Origin: Pseudomonadota bacterium
Lineage (GTDB): Bacteria; Desulfobacterota; Desulfobacteria; Desulfobacterales; JBDRRP01
DNA: 64,000 nucleotides
Direction: 5' to 3'
NCBI GenBank assembly: GCA_043825735.1
Contig: JBDRRP010000107.1
Coordinates: 248,001-312,000, forward strand
A program made the translations under genes and the position numbers. The notes below the pieces were generated by a model. That model searched no databases. It was not told the DNA's origin and saw nothing but the letters and a program-made list of their open reading frames with translations. Below are positions 30,080-39,517 of this stretch, one piece after another. Each line of letters opens with the position of its first letter. The stretch's first letter is position 1.

Positions 30080-31813
30080 TCAGCCTTTGATGATTCGCGG
30101 CAGGATCATCTGATGCTGGGGGCAGATCGATTTCGGGTTCTGGTAGGCCGCCCCGGCAAACGCCGTGAGGTAGCTGCGCAGCGCCGGGTAGTTGACGATC
30201 TCGTCCACCATGCCTGTGCGGGCACAAAACAGGGGGCGCGAATTGTCGTGATAGGCCTGGGCCATTTCGTTCATCTTGTCGACGATGGGCTGCAGATCCC
30301 GGCCGGCGGCCTTTTCCTTCACCAGGCGGCGCGAATAGGTGGCCGCTGCCGCCGTTTCCCCGTGCATCACGTAGATTTCGGTGGTCGCAGTGCCCAGCGT
30401 GAAGGCATTGTGACGATTGGCCGTGGGGCCGCCCATGACATAGTGGGCCGCGGCCGATCCCTTGCGCAGCAGTACCAGCATCTGGGGGACATCGGTCTGC
30501 TGGATGGAGTAGATGAGGCTCTGGCCGAGGCCCAATAGCTCGGCCTTCTCGGCGATGTCGCCCACGTCGATGCCGGAGGTGTCCTGGAACCAGACGATGG
30601 GCAGCCGGTCGCGGCCGCAAAGGGTCACGAACTCGTTCATCTTGATCAGGCCCTGGCGGTAAAGTTTGCTGCCGATGCCGAAGTAGTCGGCGTACTCCGG
30701 GTAGTCCGCCCCTAAGAATCCCTGGCGGTTGCCGATCACCCCCACCAGAAACCCGTCCAGCTTGCACAGGCCTGTGTAGACTTCAGGGCCGTAACCGGGC
30801 CGAAACTCCATGGCTTCACTGCCGTCCACCAGGCGGGCCAAAACCTCTTCGAAATCATAGGCGCGTTTCTGATTGAACGGGACAAGATCGTACAGATCCT
30901 TCGCCGCAAATGCGGGCGACTTGGGCTCGGCCACCCGGAAGAATTTGGGGGCATAGGCCGGCATGTCCTTCATATAGTCCTTGATGCCGGCGAGCACCGC
31001 TTCTTCGGTGTCGTAGACATAGCGGAAGAACCCGGTCTGGTCGTGGTGAATGGCCACCGAACCGGGCGGCGAGGCCTTGAACTGTTTGGCGCTGGCGATC
31101 AGCGCCTCGGCACCTTCCAGATCGAAGTGCCCCTTGGGAGACATGCCGCTCAATATGCCGCCGCCGCCGACGGCGATGTTGGCATCCTTGTGGGCGAAGA
31201 GCACCGTCGGGCTGATCCCCTGGTAGCCGCCGCCGGCCGGATTGGTTCCGTAAATGGCGGCCAGAATGGGAATGCCGGCCTGTTCCAGTTCGGTGTGCCG
31301 GAAAAAGGGGGTGCCGCTGCCGCGTCGGTTGGCGTAGAACTTCTCCTGCTCGGGCAGCTTGACGCCGCTGCAGTTGACCAGCCAGACCAAGGGGATGTTG
31401 AGCCGCATGGCGAGATCCGTCACCCGCAGGATGTTTTCCGACTGGCCGGGCACCCAGGCGCCGGCCAGTGTTTTGTTGTCAAAGCCGATGATGACGGCCC
31501 ACTTGCCGGAGATCTTCCCCAGACCGTCAAAGACGTTGGTGTGCCCCTCTTCATTTCCCTCCGGGTTGTAGAGGGTGTGCAGCGGGCACCAGGTGCCCGG
31601 GTCCACCAGATAGTCCAGTCGCTGCCAGATGGTGAGCATCCCCCGGGCGTTGATTTTTTCCTGGGGAAACCCAACGGTCTTTACGGCTACAACTGCCTCG
31701 GCGATCTGTTTTTCGACGGCCCTGATCTGGGCGGCGCTTTCGGCCGCACTGTTGTGGGCGCCATTGTCGATGGGATTGCCGAAACGGGGCATTGATTCAA
31801 AATAGGGTCTCAT
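30080..31813 (-). CDS. gcdA: Glutaconyl-CoA decarboxylase alpha subunit (carboxyltransferase)
   Basis: 'LAGAWVPGQ', 'NCSGVK', 'NRRGSGTPFFR', 'YGTNPAGGGY..ISP' match recalled Acidaminococcus GcdA; adjacent to glutaryl-CoA dehydrogenase. Confidence 0.88.
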   Translation of the reverse strand: MRPYFESMPRFGNPIDNGAHNSAAESAAQIRAVEKQIAEAVVAVKTVGFPQEKINARGMLTIWQRLDYLVDPGTWCPLHTLYNPEGNEEGHTNVFDGLGKISGKWAVIIGFDNKTLAGAWVPGQSENILRVTDLAMRLNIPLVWLVNCSGVKLPEQEKFYANRRGSGTPFFRHTELEQAGIPILAAIYGTNPAGGGYQGISPTVLFAHKDANIAVGGGGILSGMSPKGHFDLEGAEALIASAKQFKASPPGSVAIHHDQTGFFRYVYDTEEAVLAGIKDYMKDMPAYAPKFFRVAEPKSPAFAAKDLYDLVPFNQKRAYDFEEVLARLVDGSEAMEFRPGYGPEVYTGLCKLDGFLVGVIGNRQGFLGADYPEYADYFGIGSKLYRQGLIKMNEFVTLCGRDRLPIVWFQDTSGIDVGDIAEKAELLGLGQSLIYSIQQTDVPQMLVLLRKGSAAAHYVMGGPTANRHNAFTLGTATTEIYVMHGETAAAATYSRRLVKEKAAGRDLQPIVDKMNEMAQAYHDNSRPLFCARTGMVDEIVNYPALRSYLTAFAGAAYQNPKSICPQHQMILPRIIKG

Positions 31814-31834
31814 GATGTACTCCTAAAAAACGAT

Positions 31835-32127
31835 AAGGGTTCAAGGATTCCAGGGGTCAAGGGTTCAAGGGTTTTAAACCCAAGGGTCGATTTGCTATTT
31901 TTATGATCACTGTGAATCATAAATTTGGACCCCGGAATCCCAATTGAACATGGCTGTTTCTGATTACGGTAAAACTGCGGCGTTTACGCCGAGCCCATCA
32001 ATTACCTCACCAAGGCCCGGGAAAAGGCCGGTAAAACGCATGTTGAAAAAACACACCGCACAGGGTAGGGCGATGCCCGCTGTTGCTTTATCCCTTGACC
32101 CCTCGACCCCTTGGCCCCTTGAACCCT
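31835..32127. repeat. Inverted 8-nt-period tandem repeat arms between acd and gcdA
   Basis: aagggttc-aaggattc-caggggtc-aagggttc-aagggtt (31835-31873) vs cccttgac-ccctcgac-cccttggc-cccttgaa-ccct (32092-32127). Confidence 0.8.
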
Positions 32128-32140
32128 CGCTTTGTTTCCT

Positions 32141-33304
32141 TCAGCGGTTGGCTTTCCGGATGCCGAGCTGGTCCAGAGCGATGATCCATTTGCAGATGTT
32201 GGAGGAGCCTTCCACCATGGTGTAGGTGGGGGCGTCCCGGTAAAAGCGCGCCACCGGGTACTCGGTGGAGTAGCCGTAGGCGCCCAGGATGCGCATGGCG
32301 TAGTTGGCGCTCTTTATTGCCGTCTCCCCGGCGAAGTACTTGGCCATGGCCACGTCGAGCCCGTTGTTGAGCTCGCCCTGGTCCTTGACCCATGCCGCCT
32401 TATAAACCAAAAGACGTGCGGCTTCGATCTCGGTGGCCATCTGGGCCACCATGTCCTGGTTCATCTGGTATTCGCCGATGGGCTTTCCAAACTGCTTTCG
32501 GGTGCTGCAGTATTTGACCACCGTGTCGAGGCAGGCCTGGGCAAGCCCGACAGCGCCGGCGGCCGCCGACAGACGGGTCTGGTTCAGGGAGCCGAAAACG
32601 ATCTTGGCGCCGTCGCCGGGGGCGCCGATGATATTCTCCTTGGGTACCCGGGTGTCGGCAAGAAAAATTTCGCCGGTGGGAGAGGAGTGGGAGCCCATTT
32701 TCTCCAGTTTCGAGGTCTTCACCCCGTTGAAGTTCTTCAGCTCCACGACAAAGGCCGACAGCCCCTTGGCGCCCTTGGATTTGTCGGTGTAGGCGTAGTA
32801 GATGACCACGTCTCCCACCGGGGCATTTGATATCCAGGTCTTTGAGCCGTTGAGCAGCCAGTGATCGCCCTTGTCTTCGGCCGTGGAGGTCATGGCCATG
32901 ACGTCGGAGCCGGCGTCGGATTCGGTAATACCAAATCCGCCCACGTACTCGGCGCGCACCAGTTTGGATACATATTTTTCAGCAAGTTCCGGGCTGCCGT
33001 AGTGGTAGATGGTATAGGCGCAGCCCAGGGTCTGCATGTTGATCTGCACCCTGAGGGAACTGGAGACCCGGGCGATCTCTTCGGTGACGATCATTGCCGC
33101 CAGCCATCCCATTTCCTCGCCATCGTATTTTTCGGGGATTACCGTTCCGAAAAACCCGAGCTTGCCCATGGGCACCATCGCTTCCTTGTAGGGGAAGTGA
33201 TGGGCGGCGTCCCATTCATCCACATTGGGGGCGAGTTTCTTGTTGGCGAACTCACGTACGGCCTTTCTCAACATTTCCAAGTCTTTAGGCAGATTGAAAT
33301 CCAA
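32141..33304 (-). CDS. acd: Glutaryl-CoA dehydrogenase, non-decarboxylating (glutaconyl-CoA forming)
   Basis: TTG start '(M)DFNLPKDL' with AGGAGGAGG RBS; 'GWLAAMIVTEEIAR.SS.LRVQ', 'YSTEYPVARFYRDAPTY.MVEGS', 'DQLG.RKANR' closely match the recalled Desulfococcus multivorans enzyme. Confidence 0.9.
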   Translation of the reverse strand: MDFNLPKDLEMLRKAVREFANKKLAPNVDEWDAAHHFPYKEAMVPMGKLGFFGTVIPEKYDGEEMGWLAAMIVTEEIARVSSSLRVQINMQTLGCAYTIYHYGSPELAEKYVSKLVRAEYVGGFGITESDAGSDVMAMTSTAEDKGDHWLLNGSKTWISNAPVGDVVIYYAYTDKSKGAKGLSAFVVELKNFNGVKTSKLEKMGSHSSPTGEIFLADTRVPKENIIGAPGDGAKIVFGSLNQTRLSAAAGAVGLAQACLDTVVKYCSTRKQFGKPIGEYQMNQDMVAQMATEIEAARLLVYKAAWVKDQGELNNGLDVAMAKYFAGETAIKSANYAMRILGAYGYSTEYPVARFYRDAPTYTMVEGSSNICKWIIALDQLGIRKANR

Positions 33305-33416
33305 GTCGCGTCCTCCTCCTGTAATGATGATGAATTCGAATGATGAATTCGAAACACCGCCGAATTCATCATGTGTTAAGTGCGCTACGAAATAATTTCT
33401 AATGCAATATTTCGCT

Positions 33417-34736
33417 TTACCCCTGTGCCGTTGCCTCCCCATAGGCGGCCAGTGTAGCGTCGACGACGCCCAGCGCGCTTTCCAGCTGCGCTCCGGCAAA
33501 GCGCAGCCGAAGGGCTGCAGACAGCATGTCGGGTGCCAGCACCCGGCGGTGAGCTGCCATCAGGGCCAGTGCGGCCAGGGCCCAGTCCGGTGCCTTGATT
33601 TTCCAAGCCTTGAAGTCGATGATCTTGACCGCGGCGGCCGTGGGCGGCAGTGTGAGGCCCGCGGCTGCCAGGACCATGGCCTCGGTGCTCAGTTTTGCAA
33701 ATAGCCCCTTGCGCCGGTCCACGCCTTCCTGGGCGAGGGCGACGACGGCGGTGGGCCGCTGAATACCGGTATAGCCGATCTCGGATGTCGACAGAATCAT
33801 TTCGCTCACCGAATGGCCGCGCATGACGGTGATGGGATAATCGCTTTTCTGGGTGGCGTTGAGACCCGCCGCGGCGCCGGCCAGGCAGAGGATCTCGCCG
33901 GCGGTGATGATGCGCTGGCCGGCGCTGCCCATCATGACCACTTCCTGGCGTCCGTTTCCGGGCGCTTGGCAGGTGGCGGCGATGGGCGCCAGCGCGACGG
34001 CCGCCGGCAGGCTTGCGGCGACGCTTCGGTAAGTCCAGCCGTATTCTTCGCGGGCGTTACCCTGTGCGTGATCGGAAGCCGGCGGCAGCGCGTCCAGGGC
34101 GGCATCGATGCTCTGGATGCTGAGCTTGTTTCGTTTGGTGTATCGCCCCGGACAGATGCCCCAGATATCCATTACCGAGAAACCGTTGAAAGCGATGGCG
34201 CTCTTAAGGGTCTCAACTAAGCGCTTGTCATAGGTTGAGGCTCTTGCCAGCCATGGGGCGCCGGCGGCGCCGGCCACCCGGCAGACGTCCAGGGGGGGTT
34301 CCAACTGGTTGAGGAAACCGGAGCCGACCCGTGCCTCCTGAGGCGTGGTGGCGCTGCACTGGCCACCGGTCATGCCATAGTTGAAATTGTTCAGAACCAG
34401 CAGGGTCAGGTCCAGATTGCGGCGACAGGCGCTCAGGATGTGGGCGCCGCCGATGCCCATGCCCCCATCGCCCATGGTGACGATGACGGTGAGTTCGGGC
34501 CGGGCCATTTTGAGCCCCGTGGCGTAGGTGAGGGCGCGGCCATGAAGGCCATGAAAGGCATGTGTGTTGAAAAAGGTGTCAAAGAGCCCCGAGCAGCCGA
34601 TGTCACTGACGATGGCCACCTGATCGCCGGCAAGTCCCATTTCCTGCAGCGCCTGATCCAGGGCGTGGACGATCTTGTCGTGAGCGCATCCCGGACAGAA
34701 AACGGGCGGGCGGCTGGGGTTGAGCAGGCTATCCAT
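33417..34736 (-). CDS. 2-oxoacid:ferredoxin oxidoreductase beta subunit fused to a gamma-like domain
   Basis: 'FCPGC', 'SDIGCS', 'LHGRAL', 'GDGG...NNFNYGMTGGQ' TPP domain, then 'GSAGQRIITAG...TQKSDY' gamma domain. Confidence 0.88.
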   Translation of the reverse strand: MDSLLNPSRPPVFCPGCAHDKIVHALDQALQEMGLAGDQVAIVSDIGCSGLFDTFFNTHAFHGLHGRALTYATGLKMARPELTVIVTMGDGGMGIGGAHILSACRRNLDLTLLVLNNFNYGMTGGQCSATTPQEARVGSGFLNQLEPPLDVCRVAGAAGAPWLARASTYDKRLVETLKSAIAFNGFSVMDIWGICPGRYTKRNKLSIQSIDAALDALPPASDHAQGNAREEYGWTYRSVAASLPAAVALAPIAATCQAPGNGRQEVVMMGSAGQRIITAGEILCLAGAAAGLNATQKSDYPITVMRGHSVSEMILSTSEIGYTGIQRPTAVVALAQEGVDRRKGLFAKLSTEAMVLAAAGLTLPPTAAAVKIIDFKAWKIKAPDWALAALALMAAHRRVLAPDMLSAALRLRFAGAQLESALGVVDATLAAYGEATAQG

Positions 34737-35853
34737 GGGCGATCACCTCCTGGATCTGGGCCGGAGAGATGAGCTCGCCGTTCATTTGCCCAAAAAAGGT
34801 GACGGGCCTGTCCGTGCACACCCGGCGGATCTCGTTGACGTACTGGCCCAGATTCATTTCCACCACTACAATGCGGCGGCAGTGTGCGGTATGCGTTCTG
34901 ATCAGTGCTTCGGGGACCGGCCAGAGGGTCTTGAGCACCAGCAGCGCCACAGAAACGCCTTCCTGCCCGGCGGCGGTAACCGCATCCCGGGCGGCGCGGG
35001 CAGTGACGCCGTAGGCGATCACCAGGGTGTTGGCGTCGGCCGGGCCATAAAACGCATGGAATGAAAACCCGTCAACCGCATCTTCCACTTTGGCCCGAAG
35101 TCGTTCCTGGGTGGCGGCGATGACCGCCGGATCGGCGGTGATGTATCCGTCGGGACCGTGGGTCGAAGACGTCTGCCGCACCAGCGGGCCGCCGGGTATC
35201 ATGGGTAGAAAATCGGGCGTGAGGCTGCCGGCCGGGGCGGCGAAGGGGACGAAAGGCCGGGTGGCCTCTGCCGCGCGGCGATGGCGCAGCGCCGGCAATG
35301 CCGCGGCGTCCAGGTCCACCGTCTCCCGGGTCATGGAGATTTCCTTGTTGGCAGCGATAAAGACCGGGCAGCGCAAATCCTCGGCCAGGTTGAAGGCTTC
35401 AACCGTCAGTTCAAGACAGTCGCGAACATCCACCGGCGCCAGCACCACCACGGGAAGTCCGCCGGAGCTGCCCCATCGGAGAAACTGCACGTCGCCGTCG
35501 GCGCCCTTGGTGGCCGACCCGGTGGAGGGCCCCAATCGCTGGACATCAACAATGACGATGGGGATTTCACTGCCCACGGCAAAGGAAATCTGCTCGCTGT
35601 AAAGGCTGATGCCCGGCCCGGAAGTGGCCGTCATCACCTTCATGCCGGCCATGGCCGCGCCCAGGCAGAAACCGATTGAGGCGATTTCGTCTTCGCCTTG
35701 GAGACAGACCCCGCCCGCCGGCGGCAGCAGCGAGAGCATGGTGTTGTAAATGGTGGTGGCCGGTGTGATCGGATACCCGGCAAAAAAGGTGCACCCCGCG
35801 GCAACAGCCGCGCGGCCGATGGCCTCGTTGCCTTCCATCAGGCTGAGTCCCAT
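34729..35853 (-). CDS. 2-oxoacid:ferredoxin oxidoreductase alpha subunit
   Basis: 'EGNEAI', 'FAGYPITPAT', 'EDEIAS', 'ATSGPG', 'QRLGPSTG', 'VEMNLGQY'. Confidence 0.92.
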   Translation of the reverse strand: MGLSLMEGNEAIGRAAVAAGCTFFAGYPITPATTIYNTMLSLLPPAGGVCLQGEDEIASIGFCLGAAMAGMKVMTATSGPGISLYSEQISFAVGSEIPIVIVDVQRLGPSTGSATKGADGDVQFLRWGSSGGLPVVVLAPVDVRDCLELTVEAFNLAEDLRCPVFIAANKEISMTRETVDLDAAALPALRHRRAAEATRPFVPFAAPAGSLTPDFLPMIPGGPLVRQTSSTHGPDGYITADPAVIAATQERLRAKVEDAVDGFSFHAFYGPADANTLVIAYGVTARAARDAVTAAGQEGVSVALLVLKTLWPVPEALIRTHTAHCRRIVVVEMNLGQYVNEIRRVCTDRPVTFFGQMNGELISPAQIQEVIAHG

Positions 35854-35867
35854 TAGGTAGTCTCCAT

Positions 35868-35881
35868 TATTTGATCAAATA
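35868..35881. promoter_or_regulatory. Palindromic operator TATTTGATCAAATA (second copy 36776-36787)
   Basis: Perfect palindrome just upstream of the OFOR alpha RBS; same core upstream of gntR. Confidence 0.7.
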
Positions 35882-36019
35882 TAAAATCAACTATATGATC
35901 CAAATGCCCCTGTCAATTGGATTCTCACCCTGAGTCCCGACGCTGCGGTCCAGAATGTCCCGGGATCACAATAGCGCGGTTCCGGCGGTCGTAAATGTCC
36001 GACGCCGGTGCCCGTTTTG

Positions 36020-36712
36020 TCAGAAGCGGGTCGCCGCCAGCATTGTTTCAACGCCCCGGACCACATGGGTCTTTACTCGGCGAATGTGCTGGGAGAGCAC
36101 TTGACTGGCGCCCTTGGCGTCGCCCTCCTGGATGCGGGAAAAGAGCGCTTTGTGGTCGGTGTCGGCTGAGTCCATGGATGTGGAGAAAAGGTAGTTGCCG
36201 CCGTATTTGAGGTAGAGCAGGTCGAAGAGGTTTTTCAGGGTTTGCTGCTGCACCCGGCAGGTCGAGAGCGCGGCGAGGGTGAGGTGAAATTCCATGTCCT
36301 TGAGCAGTCGGCCGTGCAGGTAGACGTCCTTGGCCGCCTTCAGGTGCGCGTCCAGCGCTGCGGCCAGTTGACGGATGCCGGCGGGCGTCAACTGCTTGAA
36401 AGACTTTGACAACAGGTCGAGTTCGATGAGTTCGCGAAGATCGTAGATTTCCGCCACTTCCTGGATGTCGATGGGCGCGGTGTAGTAGCCCCGGTTGGGT
36501 TCGTGGCGCACTAACTGCTGAAATTCAAGCCATTTGAGTGCCTGGATCACCGGAGTCTGGCTCATCCCCAGCCGCTCGGACAGATCCCGGTAGGAAATTT
36601 TCTGGCCGGGCACGATTTCGCTGTGAAACAGCATGTTTCGAATGCCCATGTAGGCTTTTTTGGTATGCCCCTCCGGATCGCGAAGCGGTTGTTTTTTTAT
36701 CGCAATGGGCAC
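36020..36712 (-). CDS. GntR/FCD-family transcriptional regulator
   Basis: 'LSERLGMSQTPVIQAL' wHTH; FCD 'DMEFH'. Confidence 0.9.
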   Translation of the reverse strand: MPIAIKKQPLRDPEGHTKKAYMGIRNMLFHSEIVPGQKISYRDLSERLGMSQTPVIQALKWLEFQQLVRHEPNRGYYTAPIDIQEVAEIYDLRELIELDLLSKSFKQLTPAGIRQLAAALDAHLKAAKDVYLHGRLLKDMEFHLTLAALSTCRVQQQTLKNLFDLLYLKYGGNYLFSTSMDSADTDHKALFSRIQEGDAKGASQVLSQHIRRVKTHVVRGVETMLAATRF

Positions 36713-36775
36713 CGGGCTGACTCCTGTTTGATGATTCCCCGCAATCGGCCTCCAGCGGGTTGTCGGAAATCTGAA

Positions 36776-36787
36776 ATTTGATCAAAT
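36776..36787. promoter_or_regulatory. Palindromic operator ATTTGATCAAAT upstream of gntR
   Basis: Identical core and 'ata' flank to 35868-35881. Confidence 0.7.
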
Positions 36788-36851
36788 ATATAATCGAATA
36801 ATCACATAAGTGCTGATGCTGTCAATATGATTAAAAGCGGCGCAGCCGCTT

Positions 36852-37640
36852 TTAATCATCGTGCTTGATAAATTCGTAGATCTTTTTGTCCCGGTCGGAA
36901 AGCGCGGCTTTTTCTTCATAGGTTCGGTGCAGGAAGTAGTGGTAGAAGTCGTGCTGCAGACTGTCGCGGTTGGTGGTTACGAAACTGCGGTTGCGGGTCC
37001 AGATGATGGGGGACTGCTCCGGCGCGGCGGTTTCAAAAACCCCGACCAGGGCTTCACTTTTATCGGCGATGATGTCGATGGACTCACCGCCGATGCGTTC
37101 CCTGAGGCCATCGGCATCGGGGTGAACGACCTGTATGTCGGTGACGCGGGGGATGGCCCCCATGGCGATGAAGCGCACGCCAACGCCCCGGTGCATGGCC
37201 TGATCGAGGGCCTTTGAAAGCTGCTCCCAGGTGTTGGGGAAGATCCGGATATAAAGCTCATGGCGCGCGGCGGTGATGATGTCCCGGGCTTTGGTCATCA
37301 CCGCAGCGTATCCTTTCAAGGTCAACAGGTATTCGGTGCTGGTTTCAGCCGCCAGGGTGCTGAGTTGTTCTTCCAGGATGGCCAGGTTGGACTCGAACTG
37401 GCTGCGCAGGCGTTTTTTGAGCTCGGTGAAGGGCAGGGGAACGTACAGGCCTTTGTCCACCTCGAAAACGAGGCCCTTTTTCCCAAGGCTGCGAAGCACG
37501 TCGTAGATGCGGGAGCGCGCGATGCCCGACAGTTTGCTGATCTGGGAGCCGTTGGCCGGGTGCTGATTGAGCAGCGCCAGATAGCAGGCCGATTCGTATT
37601 GGGAAAAGGCAAAATCGCGCAGCAGGGCGGCAATGTCCAT
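36852..37640 (-). CDS. TrmB-family transcriptional regulator
   Basis: 'FSQYESACYLALL', 'ISKLSGIARSRIYDVLRSL' HTH plus effector-binding domain. Confidence 0.88.
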   Translation of the reverse strand: MDIAALLRDFAFSQYESACYLALLNQHPANGSQISKLSGIARSRIYDVLRSLGKKGLVFEVDKGLYVPLPFTELKKRLRSQFESNLAILEEQLSTLAAETSTEYLLTLKGYAAVMTKARDIITAARHELYIRIFPNTWEQLSKALDQAMHRGVGVRFIAMGAIPRVTDIQVVHPDADGLRERIGGESIDIIADKSEALVGVFETAAPEQSPIIWTRNRSFVTTNRDSLQHDFYHYFLHRTYEEKAALSDRDKKIYEFIKHDD

Positions 37641-37654
37641 GGTAGGTGTCCTCA

Positions 37655-37674
37655 GTTGCTATATTTAAAGCAAC
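37655..37674. promoter_or_regulatory. Operator GTTGCT-N8-AGCAAC upstream of trmB
   Basis: gttgct-atatttaa-agcaac; same motif at 37986-38005. Confidence 0.7.
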
Positions 37675-37761
37675 ATTTTAGTCGGTGGTGGGTATCGGCA
37701 CAGTCCAGTGAGGGCGCGAGGGGTGTCACCGTCTGGTCCATGGTCGGGCATCACGGTTATT

Positions 37762-37787
37762 GTAGGGGCAGGCCCCCGTGCCTGCCT
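37762..37787 (+). repeat. GTAG-type REP palindrome
   Basis: gtaggggcaggcccccgtgcctgcct; copy of 18341-18366. Confidence 0.75.
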
Positions 37788-37955
37788 GGGTACTTTGTAA
37801 TCATGCCTGGCATGGCAACCACAAAGAGATCCCCCGACCTTTCGATTTCCGGATGGGCTGCATAGTCATGCATGGCACACCATGCCCCCTGATTTCAAGT
37901 ACCAATGACGGCGAGCGGTTTCTGGGGGCAAATTGCGGCGGCGCCGAGCGCCTTC

Positions 37956-38005
37956 TTGACAATCGAAGCGGCAGAGGCATATATTGTTGCTACCTTGTAA
38001 GCAAC
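37956..38005 (+). promoter_or_regulatory. Sigma70 promoter plus GTTGCT-N8-AGCAAC operator for the class III aminotransferase
   Basis: TTGACA (37956)...TATATT (37980) followed at once by gttgct-accttgta-agcaac. Confidence 0.7.
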
Positions 38006-38026
38006 TATATAGGCTGAGAGGTCCTC

Positions 38027-39328
38027 ATGAGCATCACAAGTTTGAAACGATTCGATTCCCCGGTGTACGGATTTTCCAATATATCCGATGAGAATGTCCT
38101 TGCTCTTGAGGCGCGTTTCGGCGCCCACCATTACCGGCGGCTGCCCGTGGTGGTCCGCCAGGCCCGGGGGAGCTGGATCACCGATGTGAGTGGGAAAAAA
38201 TATCTGGACTGCCTTGCGGCCTATTCCGCGGCCAACCCCGGCCATCATCATCCGACAATCGTCAGCGCCATGGTTCGTGCCCTTTTAGGCGACTACGCGT
38301 CGGTGATTTCCAACGTGGTCTACACCGATCCCCTGGCCCTGTTTCTATCCCGACTGGCCGAGTTCGTGCCGCAGATGGCACCCCGGTTCGGGGCAGTGGG
38401 CAACAAGGTGCTGCCTAAAAACGGCGGGGTGGAGTCGGTGGAAACCGCCATCAAGATGGCCCGCTACTACGGTTGGAAGCAAAAGGGGATACCCGATGGC
38501 AAACAGGAAATCATTGTTTTCGACAGCAATTTCCACGGCCGCATGATCACCGTTGTCTCCTTTTCCTCGGTGGATAAATACAAGCAAGGCTTCGGTCCCC
38601 TGACGCCGGGATTTGTTTCGGTGCCCTTTGGCAGCATGGATGCGGTCGAAAAGGCCGTGACGAAAAACACCTGCGGCATCCTTGTCGAGCCCATGCAGGG
38701 CGAGGGGGGCATGCGGGTGCCGCCGACCGGATTTCTCAAGGGCCTGCGGGATATCGCCGACGCCCACGATCTGCTGCTGCTCTTTGATGAAATCCAGGTG
38801 GGGCTGGGGCGCACGGGAAAACGGTTCTGCTTTGAGCACGAAAAGGTCGTCCCTGACGGCCTCATCCTGGGAAAGGCCTTGTCGGGCGGTCTCGTTCCCC
38901 TGTCGGCCTTTGTCACCAGTGCCGAGCTCATGGATCTGGCCTTCAAGATCGGCTCGGACGGCTCGACCTTCGGGGGCTATCCCCTGGCCTGTGTGGCCGG
39001 CTGCGCCGCACTGGACGTGATGGAAACCGAGCGTCTGGCCGAATCCTCGGCCTCACAGGGCGCCAAGCTCAAAAAGCGCATCGAAGCCATCGCCGCCCGC
39101 TCCGGGCAGGTGCAGGAAGTCCGGGGCCGGGGTCTTTTCATCGGCATCGAGGTGGTCCATGCCAATGCCATGGTCTTTTGCCGCGAGCTGCTCGATCGGG
39201 GCCTTATCGTCAACGACAGCCACGGCCACACCATCCGCATCTCGCCGCCGCTGAACATCTCCGACGCGGATCTGGATTTTCTCACCGACAATCTGGAAGC
39301 GGTATTGGTCAAGCCGCGCGCGGTTTAA
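38027..39328 (+). CDS. Class III (omega) aminotransferase, ornithine aminotransferase/RocD-like
   Basis: 'YLDCLAAYSAANPGHHHP', 'NFHGR', 'EPMQGEGG', 'DEIQVGLGRTG', 'LGKALSGG', 'GSTFGG'. Confidence 0.9.
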   Translation: MSITSLKRFDSPVYGFSNISDENVLALEARFGAHHYRRLPVVVRQARGSWITDVSGKKYLDCLAAYSAANPGHHHPTIVSAMVRALLGDYASVISNVVYTDPLALFLSRLAEFVPQMAPRFGAVGNKVLPKNGGVESVETAIKMARYYGWKQKGIPDGKQEIIVFDSNFHGRMITVVSFSSVDKYKQGFGPLTPGFVSVPFGSMDAVEKAVTKNTCGILVEPMQGEGGMRVPPTGFLKGLRDIADAHDLLLLFDEIQVGLGRTGKRFCFEHEKVVPDGLILGKALSGGLVPLSAFVTSAELMDLAFKIGSDGSTFGGYPLACVAGCAALDVMETERLAESSASQGAKLKKRIEAIAARSGQVQEVRGRGLFIGIEVVHANAMVFCRELLDRGLIVNDSHGHTIRISPPLNISDADLDFLTDNLEAVLVKPRAV

Positions 39329-39517
39329 GGCGCCAAGCGGCGAAGATGGATTTTGAAGCGTCATGAAAACGGGGGAGGACGGCCCTGACAAGTCGCTTCC
39401 CCCGAATTTTTGATCGCAACCATTTTCGATCCAAACTTGACAGGAACGCGGGTGCGCAGATAACTGGAGCTCATCCACATAAGACCGCATCCCTCGATTT
39501 GAAGGATTCTCCAAACA

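Noticed and set aside
31944..32225. 93-aa ORF inside the 8-mer bracket as a four-helix-bundle gene
   Set aside because: No 'SIxxNIAEG'-type motif; it runs through the repeat and overlaps acd antisense
33325..33372. tgatgaattcgaa duplication and hairpin upstream of acd as a riboswitch
   Set aside because: Short local dyad only; no recognisable riboswitch consensus, though it could still be regulatory
33304..33499. N-terminal extensions in the ORF track (acd, tctA, tktC, DUF2959, antitoxin, GspE)
   Set aside because: They overlap neighbouring genes or regulatory DNA; downstream starts with RBS match the family N-termini
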